A stretch of 53,916 bases of DNA, counting the filler, from Circinaria calcarea (taxonomy: Eukaryota): assembly GCA_051942165.1 (NCBI GenBank). It is 4 parts of 4 records of this genome, joined end to end, with 100 filler letters (N's around TTAATTAATTAA, not from the genome) between each part and the next. Parts side by side here need not be neighbours in the genome. Positions count along the whole stretch, not along the records: positions 1 to 13,426 come from JAVECS010000504.1; 3 more parts are not named here. One strand, given 5' to 3'. Numbering within the stretch: the stretch's first letter is position 1; every line of letters starts with the position of its first letter. The position numbers and the translations under genes were made by a program. This document shows, one piece after another, positions 1 through 12,691 of the stretch. Under the pieces are notes generated by a model. It made no database searches, had not been told where the DNA came from, and was given only the letters and a program-made list of their open reading frames with translations.

Positions 1-351
1 AGGCATGTTTTCGAGTAGTTTCAGTACAGCATGAGGCATGAACTTCAAGGCCCCAAGGTAACTCCTCTTATCGCTGCTAAACTTCTTCTGCGACACATCT
101 CCAATATCCTTGACGATCTTCCGCAGATGCTCCGGTGGCATGTCGGCCTTCTGAGTTTCGACAAAACCAGCTTTCCTCTTTTCGCCGAAGCGGTTTCGCT
201 GCGATCGTAACCATTCCTTTTTCTTTTGGGCGAACTTTGCAACCTGAGGATCTGCTGGTGGTCGGTAGCCAGGAGGCGGTGGAGCTAAAGACATAGATGG
301 CGGAGCTGGAGCGCCCCAACCGGGCGGTGGAGGAGGTGGGAGGGAAGACAT
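1..351 (-). CDS. PRP8: Pre-mRNA splicing factor Prp8, 5' fragment (runs off contig start)
   Basis: Manual translation from ATG at 351: [15 protein letters not shown]...[75 protein letters not shown], the characteristic Prp8 N-terminal (PRO8NT) sequence. Absent from the ORF track because it is open to the edge. Confidence 0.95.
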   Translation of the reverse strand, partial: MSSLPPPPPPGWGAPAPPSMSLAPPPPGYRPPADPQVAKFAQKKKEWLRSQRNRFGEKRKAGFVETQKADMPPEHLRKIVKDIGDVSQKKFSSDKRSYLGALKFMPHAVLKLLENMP

Positions 352-720
352 TTCGATGGGTTGTTTCGGTGCCTGGCTTTCAAATAAGTACAAGTGAGGC
401 CACTCCTCAGGGTGGTGATGGAATGAGGCGTTGAAGCTGCCTGGCACAAACAAGAGCTTCAAAAAGCCTCATGCACGACAGGTCAAAGCAACCACTGCTT
501 CTCACTCCGTCGCGTCGATGAGTTTGAGTACAGGTGAGTATCTTCAAGAAAAAGTGGCACCTCTTCTTCTCGATGCTTCGCAGATCGCGCTAACTTTGGG
601 CTAAGCCTTTCCAGCCCTAGCTCCCACAAACGGAGTTGGCAATTCAGCGACGTCAAACTCAAAGACAGCGAATTCTCGCAAAACTGATCCCAACTCCCAC
701 ACAAGTGCTATCGAGTCGTT

Positions 721-1406
721 ATGGCGTCTAATCGTCTCACATACGTAAGTGCTGATGCTTTGCTTCAAATGCAAGTTTACACTGCTGACAGGAGGCTCGC
801 AGCGCCGGAGGAATCCGTAAGTGACGAATCACAACCACCTTTTTTCTACGCGAGATGGGCAAAGTTACCTAACTTCACCTATGTCTTCAGATACAACACT
901 CGATCCAACAAAGTCCGCGTGATCAAGACCCCTGGAGGGAAGCTACGATACCTGCACATCAAGAAGAAGGGTAGCCCGCCCAAATGTGGAGACTGTGGCA
1001 TCAAACTTCCCGGCGTAGGTGTTCCTTCTTTAGTCTAATGGTATACTCAAGAGACGGCGTTTGGAGGATTGGACAGAGGAGATGAATGGCCAGCATGCTG
1101 GGACTCGAGAAGAGAGCTTCGGCCTAGTGAAAGAACATGGACATAATCGACCCAGCTTCACGCTCGTTCGAGTTGCCCGCTATGGATTACAAGTTCGTAA
1201 GCTAACCAGTCGCTCACTTACAGATCCCCGCTCTCCGACCTCGCGAATACTCCCAGATTTCCAGACCCAAGAAGACCGTCCAGCGCGCATACGGAGGATC
1301 GAGATGTTCGAATTGTGTAAAGGACAGGGTTGTACGGGCGTTTTTGATTGAAGAGCAGAAGATTGTAAAGAAAGTCCTAAAGGAGTCCCAACAGAAGAAG
1401 CGTTAA
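721..1406 (+). CDS. RPL34: 60S ribosomal protein eL34; exons 721-744, 803-816, 891-1014, 1224-1406
   Basis: Spliced product [31 protein letters not shown]...[75 protein letters not shown] introns with CTRAC branch points. Confidence 0.97.
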
Positions 1407-1653
1407 GTGGCCTGTTTGGAAAGGGAGCTTCGTAGTCCGAATCATAGGAGCTACGTTACACTAGCACAAGGCACTTGCATTTGTGGCAAATGAATTCACA
1501 ATGGCATGCTTCAATTAGGACATTAAATCCGTAAGATTTCCAATGAGCATACATTATGAAAAATAAGCCCCATAGTTGAAGCATACTGCAGGCTTTCGGA
1601 AACCCCGTTCAGATCTTCAAAATACATGTAGGCTGGACGCTTTGTATCATCAA

Positions 1654-2553
1654 TCAGTGATGCATTTCATTCCTTTGCTCCCGCTGGGGCAACCTCTGCC
1701 AAATATCGCCGCCACACCTAGTGGGACGTCTTGACACCCTGTCCCATGACTCTGCATAATCATCTTCATCCAGTATGAGCCAGTTGTCATCTTCCCGATC
1801 TTCGCTTATGGTGATTCTGTTGGCATACACTGTAGGTGATATGCGCGGAGCTTCTTCTCCCTCTAGTTCCACGTTCGATTTTGTTTCTGTATCGCCTCGC
1901 TCGTCCATTAGGACCTTAAAGAAATCTGGTGTCAGACGGGGAACGGCTTTGTCTTGAGTGTTTTGGGGAAGTTTGACGGTGATAGATACCTCGCATTTGT
2001 TTGCTTCCTTTGCCTCCGGTTTGTCATCGCAGTCAGTTGGCTTATCGATCCTAATTGTGAGGACTTTCGAAGCATGCCGGGCATCAGCTGCCGTGGTGGC
2101 CCGCTTCTCATCGCTGGCGAAGTATTCTAACAAGTCGTCCCTTTCGATATTGATCTTGACACGCGCTGGACGACCGTTGGAAGCCTCGATCCATCCTAGA
2201 TTTCCATCGAGAAACGCCCGACTAATCCAAGCAGGCCAGGACCACTCGTGCGGTTCTGATCTTGGATTCCAGGCACAAGGTGAAGGCGAATAGTACCAAA
2301 CGATATATGGAGAACCGCCCGGGAAATGGCGGCTTGGCTTTGGCCATTTCTCACCCACGCCGGAGGAAATGGCTTCATCTAGGGCCTTGACCAAGTCGTA
2401 GGATCTCGCTTTGGACTCAATGGTGTCCACCGGGGATGGAAGCATCTGGTCTCCTTTTCCAAATGGTGATTTATGGTTTGGATGTCTTGAACGCGGTGAT
2501 GCTGAGGCAGCTAAAGTAATCCACTGAGATACGTACAGTGGTAGTGCCGTCAT
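1654..2553 (-). CDS. Hypothetical protein, 299 aa
   Basis: Long intronless ATG-initiated ORF convergent with RPL34; no recognisable motif. Confidence 0.55.
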   Translation of the reverse strand: MTALPLYVSQWITLAASASPRSRHPNHKSPFGKGDQMLPSPVDTIESKARSYDLVKALDEAISSGVGEKWPKPSRHFPGGSPYIVWYYSPSPCAWNPRSEPHEWSWPAWISRAFLDGNLGWIEASNGRPARVKINIERDDLLEYFASDEKRATTAADARHASKVLTIRIDKPTDCDDKPEAKEANKCEVSITVKLPQNTQDKAVPRLTPDFFKVLMDERGDTETKSNVELEGEEAPRISPTVYANRITISEDREDDNWLILDEDDYAESWDRVSRRPTRCGGDIWQRLPQREQRNEMHH

Positions 2554-3363
2554 GATTGAGTGTTGTAATCTCTAAATTTCAGTCAAGAGTCAGAAATCTG
2601 TGACGGTCAATACATCTCGCGTCGGTAGATAGATCGGCTGAGATCGGAGTGGTTGAGAAACAGCGATGAAGAGAGTAGAAGGCTTGCAACAAATGCTTCG
2701 CACCTGCGCATCGAACACTATGACTCTTGTGTTAGGGTAGACGTGATAGGTGAATGAGGGCTGACTCGACAAAAAACAGTGCACGTAGGAGCGTTAATCG
2801 AGACCCTTGAGATATACTCCGGTCAAGGGAAAAGGGCCTAGTTTTCGAAGTCTGTAATATGATACAATCAAAATACAATGAACTGAAGCTATTTACTCCA
2901 ATTCATCAAATCTCATCTTTGCTGCCCGTAAATTACAGCTCTGCTTGCCTGCCCGAACTTCGTATTTGCAGTAAATATGGATGGGTTTAAAGTTAACATA
3001 ATGTAACGATAGAAATCACCAAATAGCCATTACATGACCTCCGTAAACCTAAGCCTAGTTGACAGACATCCAAACTCCAGGCGCTACCTGTATGATGAGA
3101 TTTTGATCTAATACAAATACGTGATCTGTAGCAAGTCCAGGGTGGTCAAATGGTAGCTCGTAGATCAAAAACACGTACAGACCTAGAATAAGATGCCTCT
3201 GACGCTTGGGCAATTTCCCCCCTCCCTATGTTGACGTTAGTATCGCCTTAAATCCAAAGAGAAAATGAAGTAGGAAAAAAGGGGTAGCAAATCAGCCGCC
3301 CAATAAACGAATAAAAAAAGTCAAAAAAAATAATTGGCTCTAAGGCGCAAAAAAAGTGGTGGA

Positions 3364-3492
3364 TCAGCACCTGGGAATCGAACCCACTGCCCCCTGGACA
3401 AGTTAAGATGAACACTATGGTTACGAACAATTACACAAGGAACTTATCCCATAGTGTATCAACCCACCCTACCCATTGAGCCAATGATGCCG
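3364..3492 (-). pseudogene. Degenerate tRNA-like gene with long hairpin insertion
   Basis: Minus strand: A-box-like TGGCTCAATGG, B-box GGTTCGATTCC, acceptor-like pairing CGGCATC/GGTGCTG and a downstream T7 Pol III terminator. The T stem is only 4 bp and no clean anticodon arm is visible. Confidence 0.45.
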
Positions 3493-4871
3493 ATAGAAAT
3501 GTAGGGTACTATCAAAATATATATTTGATAGGAATCAAACGTTTAGCGTAGATAATGGGTCTATGCAGCTTGACTCGATATCACAGCTGTAAGTGTCCCA
3601 TTCAGTACCCTTGCGGATATCTAAATTACACCCAGTCCCTTTTCTTCAAATGCAATAAAAAACCTCCACAGCTATGTTTGGTTCCATGATATACGTTTCA
3701 GAATTAAAGACCTTGGCGGAACTGCAACGCCGATCTTCAATGGGTGCAAAGGGGTATTCTATTTAATGACTACATCTCCTAAGGAAATCAGACACACCGC
3801 GTTGAGCTCAAGAAAGGCCAACGCTCTCAGTCATGATAGGATACAGAGATAAAAGAAGATTACTCTTACGAAGACCGTTGTCGGCCAAAATAGCGTTTGG
3901 TTTACTTCGCGCAGTACGATAATAGTACTACGGGCTGACTGCATCACGTAGTGAGGACTGTCACACTTCCATTGACTGGCAGCACCAATAATGGCCGAGA
4001 TGGATGGTAGTAAAAAGTTGGGTGGATCTAATTCTGGCGGCTAAGCGCGTCTAGAGCGATGATTCTAAGCGCCTTTGCCTTTCAGTCGAAACTCTCCCCA
4101 CCCTTCTACATGACAGCCGACATCGCATGCGGTGTCATCCAATCCCATATCTCCGAGGATGTCAACGTCTCTCATAGACGTGCACCGGGGGATAGTAATG
4201 ACATGGTGATCTGCTGGTTCTCGGTTTAAGAACAGGCTTATCTTCTAGACATTCTTTGCAGCTTGCCAAAGATTGAGGCGTTCTGCGCAAATAGATCTCT
4301 TATACAGAAAACCTTGATTATGCGCTGGCATCCTCTCTGTCTGTGCTTTGCGAAAAATTGGTTCGAAGTCGAAGTAGAAAATGTCTAACTGCTCGTACTT
4401 TCATCTGTCACTTGCTGCCTTTCGAAAAGGAAACAGTGCCCCATGATCATTTGGGATCACGCGCGAGGCTCACCCATACCTTTCGTTTCGAGCTGCCTTA
4501 GCTTGGATCTCACATTGTGACTGTGAACCCAGTTGCGAACTTTGAGCTCCATGACACGATCCTTTGATTCATTGTTGCGTTCAAAGCGTAATGCTCCATT
4601 GTATTCGTGCCGCATCAGTAACAAAGCGACTTTAATGTCTTTGTCCCCGACTCCAGATAAATAGGCTCAGGTTTCTCGGACCTGGTCAACCCTGCAGCTA
4701 TCGAAGATTCGACCCACCAATACTTCAATCCTGCTCACCCGGTCACACAGCTTCAGTAAACTCTTCGAAGCTCAAGCCTTTCCGCATTCTTCTCCAACCA
4801 AGTCAACAATCTCAGAAAATCTATAGCCCCATCTTACGCAGAATCAACTCATCAAACTCAAGACCGTCAAC

Positions 4872-5054
4872 ATGTCTTGGTGCTGTTGTTTTTGTGGGGC
4901 TATCAACACCAGTGCGCAGGTGTGGTGCGCAGCGTGCAGTCATTATACCGTCAACTGCATAGACTGCTTCTCATACCAACGGCTCATCCTCGAGATGCCG
5001 GATTCGAACGAATCAATGCAGAAGAGGCGGGAGGACGATAATCTGCACGGCTAG
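4872..5054 (+). CDS. Small Cys-rich putative Zn-ribbon protein (60 aa)
   Basis: MSWCCCFCGAIN...CAACSH...CIDC pattern (WxCxxC-x2-N...CxxC), with good start context CAACATG. Confidence 0.45.
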   Translation: MSWCCCFCGAINTSAQVWCAACSHYTVNCIDCFSYQRLILEMPDSNESMQKRREDDNLHG

Positions 5055-5945
5055 AAGGATTTAGCTCCGAGGAGGGTTGGAGAGATAGACTGTCTGTAAA
5101 TGCACAACTTGGAAGGCGAATAGACAGTAGGTGACTTTTGTAACTTACGCTGATGTAATTATTATCACTTTCAAACTACCACGCCTTTTCTCCCTGTAAT
5201 TGTTGATAATAATGACCGTGATTTAAGCGAAAATCTGCCTTGGAGAAACTTGCTGGTCATCTGGAAAACCTAAAAGTTGGGTTTACATCTTATTACAAGA
5301 CACTAGACTTTTAACCGGTTGGGTGGTTGTTGTTGGTGTAGTGGATGTTTATATTCCATTAAGCTTACCTAGCTTTCCGAATTGAGCGATACTGGCCACC
5401 TTTCGGGGTCCCCAGAAGAATCTTATCCAACAAAGCATGCCTTGCCGGCCAAAAAAGTTTTTTTTGTGGAGCAGCAGGATCTGGGTTTGATTCACGCTGA
5501 TCACTTTGGCAAACTTTTTTTGGGGAAGGCCTAATAAAAACTTTTAAGCGAGATAGGTTTGAATTTTAATCGGAATCATATAAAGCTATCGCTAAAAGTA
5601 TATAATAGTAATTTCAGAAAATAAATCAATACTTAGGGTTTCTGTTTGAAATTGATTAATTCCAAGGATACCGAGATGTAGCAACTTTGCAGGAGTATAG
5701 TCATTGAATTTTACTTGATGACTACATAAGTAAATACTCCTTCCAATAAAGCGCTACCACTTGACGAAAAAAGAGTGGATTCATTCCAAGGTACCCAACG
5801 CCACGCCATACCCCAGAATGGAAATGTCTGTTCTATCATCTCCACCTCCAGTCTTTAATGCCTCCTCCCAGCTCTAACCCCCAAACTCCTGCAGTTCTCT
5901 ATCTTCTTCTCAACCTCACCGCCTGCTCAAAATCTTTTCCCCGAA

Positions 5946-6381
5946 TCAAGCACTGAGGCAGTAGCCGGAAACCTGGGTCTGGGGTGGCCCAACGTCAACG
6001 GTCTGGAAAGGACCAACAGTCGTGAAGCTGCCATCAACACCGAAGAAGTAGCAATTGGCTTGGCCATTAACGACGATGTGAGAGATGCTCAAGGGGTCGT
6101 CTGCAACCATGATTAGCATTTCCTGTACATACTTGCAGCAGGCATGGACATTTGGGAGGTAGGGATTATAGGTCGCGCAAAGGAGATTGTGATTGCTGCA
6201 CAGGAGATAAGAAAGACGTACTGAGAGTGGTGAGGGAGCCATCAGTGGGAATGCATCGGGTGTAAAAGGCAACATCCGGGGGAGCACCCTGGAAGGTGAC
6301 TTGAACGCAGGGGGTTGCAGGGGCGGCGCTGACAAGGCCAGCGAGGAGAGCCAGAGCGGCGGAGATGGCGAAGGTCTTCAT
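5946..6381 (-). CDS. Small secreted Cys-containing protein (104 aa); exons 6381-6222, 6100-5946
   Basis: Signal peptide MKTFAISAALALLAGLVSA. A GTACGT..GCTAAT..CAG intron joins two ORF-track frames in phase (..LTTL-N-DPLSISHI..VDVGPPQTQVSGYCLSA). Four Cys; TATA-like element near 6500. Confidence 0.85.
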
Positions 6382-8685
6382 GTTGGCTACTTGATAGATT
6401 GGAGAAGATCGAATGGAAATGATTCAGCTTTGGGATTTTATCTGAGTGATGTGTGATGTTCGAATGCAGAGAAAGAGACAGTGACCGACGCAGCCTTTAT
6501 ATACCCACAGAAGGTAGCCACCTCGGATCCTTCAAGGCCTGACATGACAGCTGCCCAGCCTTTTGCTTGATAATTTGATAATAGAAATTACGATGCGCTA
6601 CATGTAAGCTGGCCTCACCGTCGTATTGAGGCAGCAAACCGCGTAACGTACAATACGAATTGACCTTCATCACACGGCATAGAGGTCCAGGAATGCCGCG
6701 GTGGAGTCTTTCAATGGGTAAGACGAGAAATACTTTCCAATTATTGGCTGATCAACTCGCTGGAGTCTTGGGAAAGAGAAAGGCTTGCTAGCGGATGAAA
6801 AGCCCATCCTGTATCAGTCTTTCAGTCGCCAAAAGTAATGATTGCTTACAAGTAAGTCAAGCAAATTGGTCTGCTATACGAGGAGATATTTTGAGTGATC
6901 ACCAATCGGAATAAGCTTTTGAAGAAATCATGTGACCGACTTTGTGTAACTACTACCTGCAACTCACGGTTCTATGTATTCTGACCGCAATCAGGCAGCC
7001 TACAGATTACGAAACAAAGGAATGATGTCGCAATCGGTTCTTAGTGCTGGGGTGAGCATTGAAGTGCCTAGCTTTGAGGGAGATATATCACTAGGCACTC
7101 CAAGGAGCAATGGTATTAATTCCGCGCTCATAGGTTCACAAGTTCATAGTAAGTGATACCATTGTTATCGTCCAGTACGACTGAATGGGTCTCGACATCG
7201 GAACAGCGTGATACCTAGTCTTACCGTCTGATGTAGCTGACTCGTATGTTTACATTGAAGAATGTAGGTTGAATACCCCTAATACGGGGTGGCTATTGTG
7301 TCCGCGTGGTAAACGGCTCCCGTAGATATTTACGGGAGCCGATACAAGCACCTAATGCTCATGATTGGAGAAGGCAAAATATCAGCTCTACTAGCGTCAA
7401 TTCTTGGACGACTTGCGAGCAGCTTCAGCTTGAGCCTTGTACATTATTCACTAAACAGCCAAGACGCTTGACGTGCCGAGACTCAATAGTCTTTAGTAAC
7501 ACTGCCACGTGTGCATACGCGGTCGGGGAATACTAAGCACTTGTCCGTAGCTGCAGCTGGGATACAGCAGGATTCACATTACTACGAGGCCTCCCAGGCG
7601 GTGGAATACGCAGGAATAGCATTGCACACCGCCGCTTTGCTTGGATCTCAAACCTATTAACAAATCGATACCACGTTATGGGAACCTCGGGGAAAAATAT
7701 GCAATTGCCCGAACACGAGCCCTCTGCTGGCAGTCTCAAGTTGCGGAACTCGCCTTCGAGAACGATTCCTTCCGACAAGGACTACGCTGCGTGGCTGTGT
7801 CTGAGTGTCGATGTCAGCTCCTCTGCACATGGCCTTGTCAAATACGGAATGTTGGAGGCCAAGAGAACTATCGAAATGTTCTTCATCTCCAAAATAGCCA
7901 TGAGATTTGCTGTCGATGTGATCGAGGGATGTCTGTCTATATAGCTGTTATGATGGTTTATGTAAGTCTCACTGAATGCTGACCGCTATTAAGGTTGGTA
8001 ACGGGTAGAGGGTATTTTGCAGAAAGATGTGCTTCTGAGGCAACGTCTTACCATATTGGACTACTTGCCTGAGCCTCTCTGCAGTCATGGCCAATCGAAC
8101 CCGTAACTTCTGTCGGTGACATATTTCTAGCTATCCACCACGTACGTGAAGGTCGGCATAATTACTTGATAGCTTTCCTACCAACCATAGATCTTTAACC
8201 CATGGAGTTCAAATCATAGCCGGGTTTGGGTTGGATTCTATGATTGGGTAAACATATCTTACAATATCATGAGGTGCGCTTTCTCTGAGAATTCTTTCGG
8301 AGTGGCTTTGCAGTCGTACCGACTCACCTCCAACTACTTTGTGCGTAGCTTCGAGAGTAATCTTTAGAGGCACATTGAGGAGTTCTATACAGCAGCAGGC
8401 TCCGGGAACCATGGCTGCTTGGCGTTTTCTGACTTTCGAGCTCTTCACACATAATTTCCTTTCGCTGAGGCAATCCAGAACTTTGACACGGTGATATGCT
8501 ACTTTCAGAGCTACTATTGGCCTGGCATTAACCTACGTGTCTTACTTTTTCAAGCACTGCAATCTCCTGCGCCATAAATGCAAAACGTGTATGCGGAGGC
8601 TATAAGCGCTTGCTAGACATCCTCCACTGCTTCTGGCCTTTAGACCTGCAATACTACTTTCTGCTCTAATGTGATCAATGATTTC

Positions 8686-8828
8686 TGTTGGAAGGCATAG
8701 GGCTTACCGAGTTATGTGTTGACTACGAGGTCCATGCTCAACAATTTCTACACACACCATAGAAGCAATTTTCGTTGCGTAGATAACTTAGTTAGTTACA
8801 CACTCACATAGCAATACATGCCATCATA
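8686..8828 (+). repeat. Dispersed repeat copy 1 (similar to 25721-25850)
   Basis: Shared blocks TGTTGGAAG.CATAGGGCTT.CCGAG, GAGGTCCATGCTCAACA, CCATA.AAGCA.TTTT, TTAGTTACA.ACT and ATGCCA.CATA. Confidence 0.75.
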
Positions 8829-10298
8829 CATATTGCGCAACAGGTGCGGATTCATTAACTAGCGTCCAAGGCAGTAGGTACAGGAGCTCAACAAGAACTC
8901 GTGCGCTCGATCAGCCTCTTAAGTATGATATAATCAAGGACCTACCATGGAAACCTCCTCTTTTGATGATGGCGTTGATGAACGTGATATATAAGATCGT
9001 TGGGGAGCTAGAAATGCGGATATGCTAACCGAAGCTCGCTTTGCCTACAGTATGCTCTTCCAATGTATTGCTTTCAAATTGGTTCTACATTTGAACGCAG
9101 TCTCTGTCTCTACTCCTCGTAGTTTGCGAACCAGGTTCCTTGCGAGGGCATAGAGGTTCATTGCAGTATTGTAGGGGCCGAGGAAGAACGAGGCGGCCAG
9201 GTGCCATATACCTAGAAAGGCATTACACACGGAATGGATCAAGAAATGCACGAAGTCAGGGTGGAGAAGGTTGGAGATGACGAATTAGAGGATACAACGT
9301 TCGTCTTGCTAATTGATCGTAGATCCCGCGAGGGGAAGGGTGTGGACTAGTGAACATCGGTACAGTCGTAGTGTGAAGATATTGAATATAAGAAAGCACA
9401 TTTTGCAACAGCACAGAGCCCTGGTGCTGACATCCTTGCACATTCTAATAAGTACAATACCAACGAACGGCTTTACTATTACACGACAAGGCTTCTTCGC
9501 AGTCTATCAAACTCAATCGTGGCAGGTAGCAATGTAATAAAAGAAAAAGGAAAGGAAAGAGCAATCGTGGTCCTAGGTGCTCCACAACATGACCTATACG
9601 CCCCCGAAACCATCTTCTCTTAGGGGGTAAAAAAAACTGGGCTGTCAAGGGGTGGCATGTTGATCTGGCACAACGGAGGGATTCAAAGTAAAGTTCGTTA
9701 CATTTGTCGCCCGGACACTGAACGAGATGCTAAAAGTAGAAAGGGATGAAAAAAATTGTGGAGGGCTGGTGAATTTACCATTTGCCAAGCAGTTTGGACT
9801 CTCTCCCCCGCAGGCTAAAGAAGAAGGCGAAGCGGGTCGTTGATGGTCCGAACTTGGAATTGTGGCCTCGGTGGTTCTGTTCTACGAGCTTACAGTTCGC
9901 GAACGGTACATAATACGGCGAGCTTATGAGTAAAACAGGACGAAGTCCGGTTTGGAACAGATGGATCGCGGAGATTAGACGTGGCTATGATGGGGCGAAA
10001 AGCACTAGAGAGACAAACGAGAAGATATAATTCTCGCGGCTACTCGCGTCCAGGATGAATATGAGAAACCATCTCATAGGGTCCTAGGTATCTCTATCAC
10101 TTGAACTCTTCTAGTATCCTATCCATCCGAAGTCCTTCTGCCTTTAACTGGTTGCGTTATCCTGAAGGATTGCTGGGTCTTTGGATGAGTAGTCGGAGAT
10201 GAGGCCGGTAGCTAAGGAGTTTAGATTCACAGCTCGCCCAGGTGTATAGCTCCTCGATTGTGGCAAAAGACTGTCATTTATGAGTACATTATGCTAGT

Positions 10299-12691
10299 TC
10301 AGTGGTGCTCCAAAAGCCAAATTTCACTCTGCCAGTTCCCCTCCCAGTCACAGAGTACCAATAGGTCCTTATCGGGGTACACAATTACCTGAAAGGTCTT
10401 GGAGCAAAGCACATGGTCCTGTGCTAAATCTGAATATCGTTAGTTTCTATCAATTGTGAGATTGGCCCCTCCAAGTAGCATTTACCTGTATCTCTTAAGT
10501 CTCGGACGTGTGATTCAGGACAGAAGTTGATGATGATGAAATCTTCTAAGATACCCCACTTCCTATATTTACCAATGCCGTTAAATCGTGCCACGTGGTC
10601 CAGAATATTTTCAACGGTTCCGTTTTGGAGGAGTTCTATCCCCCATTTCCTAGAGGGAATCCAGAGGTCGATCCGCCCTTCTTGAGTATCGTTGGTGAAC
10701 TCCGGCTCAACTGGTAAACCGTCAATAGTCTCAGTAAGGCAATGATACATCTCGTTTTGGAACTTTGGTTCGGAGATCTTCCACGGTCTATTAAATTGAG
10801 CGTCCCGACTCTGCATGGCGGATGGACGAAATTGTTTAAGTGTTTGATGAACAACTTCCAGCAAAGTTCTAGTGTCAGGTGGTGCATCTAGAGCGGGGCC
10901 GGGGAAGAGTTTCCAGTAAACAAGGCTAGAAAATTCTTAGTAAGTTGGAACACAGCATCTGGACATTCTTTGATGTCAAATCTAAATAAGATATCGTTTA
11001 TATCTTATAAAGGGACAGAAAGTGCTTACCGCTTATGGGTTGGAGATGGAAAAGAATAAGTTTGCCGAATATGGAATCCATTTAAGCCTGTTGGAGTTTC
11101 TAATGGGTCAACTGGATCCGTAAAGACAAAACCTGCTTGATGACAGAAAGATAAAGCTTCTCTATCTAGTCCAGTAGATTCGCAAACGTATCGGGTGCGT
11201 TCCTTGGCGACCTTTTTAAGTGCGGTAGTGATGTCGCTAATTTGAAGGGTGGTCTTGAGGTTTGCTCTCTCAGAGTTTAATTTATCATTAACCCAAGAGA
11301 TCGACTGCGTGTTCCAAAGCACCCTTGTAGTAATCTGTAGGTGATTCATGCAGTCCGTTTTATGAAGAAAGTCACTACACAGTTTGACGTCTAAGGTCGG
11401 TTTCTTGGAGAAAGGTGGTTGCTACAGTGCTCAATTAGCTGAGGGGCCTGCACTGGAATATATAAGTACCATACCTTGGGAATCACACTCGCCAAATAGT
11501 AAAGGATAGATCCAAGGACGCCGGGATGTCCTTCTGTCTCACTCATGAGATACTGATATACATCAAGATGCAATTCCAATCGATTTGCACCTGCCCAAGT
11601 CTGAATGACTTCTTCTAGCTCTCCTTGCGTGAATAGCATAGATAGCTTATTAGCAGCTGTTGGTCGTAATTCAATACGTCTTTCAAGATTAATCAGAGCC
11701 GATTCCGATAACGCTTTTCCAAACCGGAATATTCCTTGTGAAGAGCCATAGACGCACACTAGGACGTAAAGTTCATGGTCTAAATCAAGAGGGTTTTTGA
11801 AAAGTCTGCTCCACATGTCTTTCTCTTCGTACGTGTTCTGTGCCTCGTCTATCAGAAAGATGTTTCGTCTTCCCTTTTTGGGTGGCTGGCGCTGCCCCTC
11901 TTGGGGTGTCCGATGCTGCTTCTCTTGAGTTGTCCGGTGCTGTTCGTTAATCTTAACAAACTCTTCGGCCTTTTCATCAAGGTAAGTCCGATAATGTTTC
12001 TTGGGATCCTTATCCCAAGTAATCAAAACAGGCTCCAGCATATCATGCTTAGGACTCTTAAGAATATAATCACCGAGTTGGAGTAAGGCTTTGCTCTTGC
12101 CGGTTGCTGGGGTTGACCGAATAACAATTACCTTCTTGTTTATTACCAGGTCCAAAAGGCCCTGGACTAGATTTTTACGGAAGACATTGCTGTAGGAAGG
12201 AGGATCCTGCCATATCGTTGGAGGGTGTGAATGGTCTAACATTGAATGAGAGCAGTAGATGCAGCTGTTAATATAACCTGTGAAATGTCCTTCTAAACAA
12301 GTGCAAACCTTGCATAAACCAAAAGCAAGGTTAAGTGTAAGCGGTGATGTGCTGGTTTGCTCGACTGGCGGGTCTTCCGGGGTTAACGGGGAACGTTCTG
12401 GAGGAAGTTCCAAGGGAAGTGGCGTAATAGAGGGAGATGCCTGTAGGAAAGAAGATCGAGGGTTTTCTAGTCCCCCATCCCAGACGGCACTCTCCGTGAG
12501 GCTTGAGACAAATGAATTTCGGTACTTGTCTAATTCATAAATACGTTAGGCCGCTGGTTAACCAAAATCCCTGATTGGTGGTACGAGCCTTGTTTATTAT
12601 CGGACTTGGACTCAGTTATTGTTGACCGCGGCGTGGGTTTAGCGTCAAGAACATGTTCACCAAGGTCGAGCTCTGGTGAAGTCACCATCAT
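10299..12691 (-). CDS. Crinkler-like P-loop NTPase fused to C-terminal PD-(D/E)xK nuclease; multi-exon, start uncertain
   Basis: Walker A-like STPATGKS, Walker B IFLIDEAQ, and C-terminal EPKFQNEMY..VEPEF..GRIDLWIP..KWGIELL..HVARF. Introns 11474-11422, 11029-10926 and 10486-10430 splice in frame to TGA at 10299. The first exon, near 12691, is tentative. Confidence 0.8.

Noticed and set aside
1015..1223. snoRNA in the long RPL34 intron
   Set aside because: No convincing C/D or H/ACA box arrangement was seen.
7500..9650. Short ORFs at 7641-7982, 9045-9251 and 9256-9441
   Set aside because: Could not be spliced into a coherent gene or matched to a family; possibly relics.
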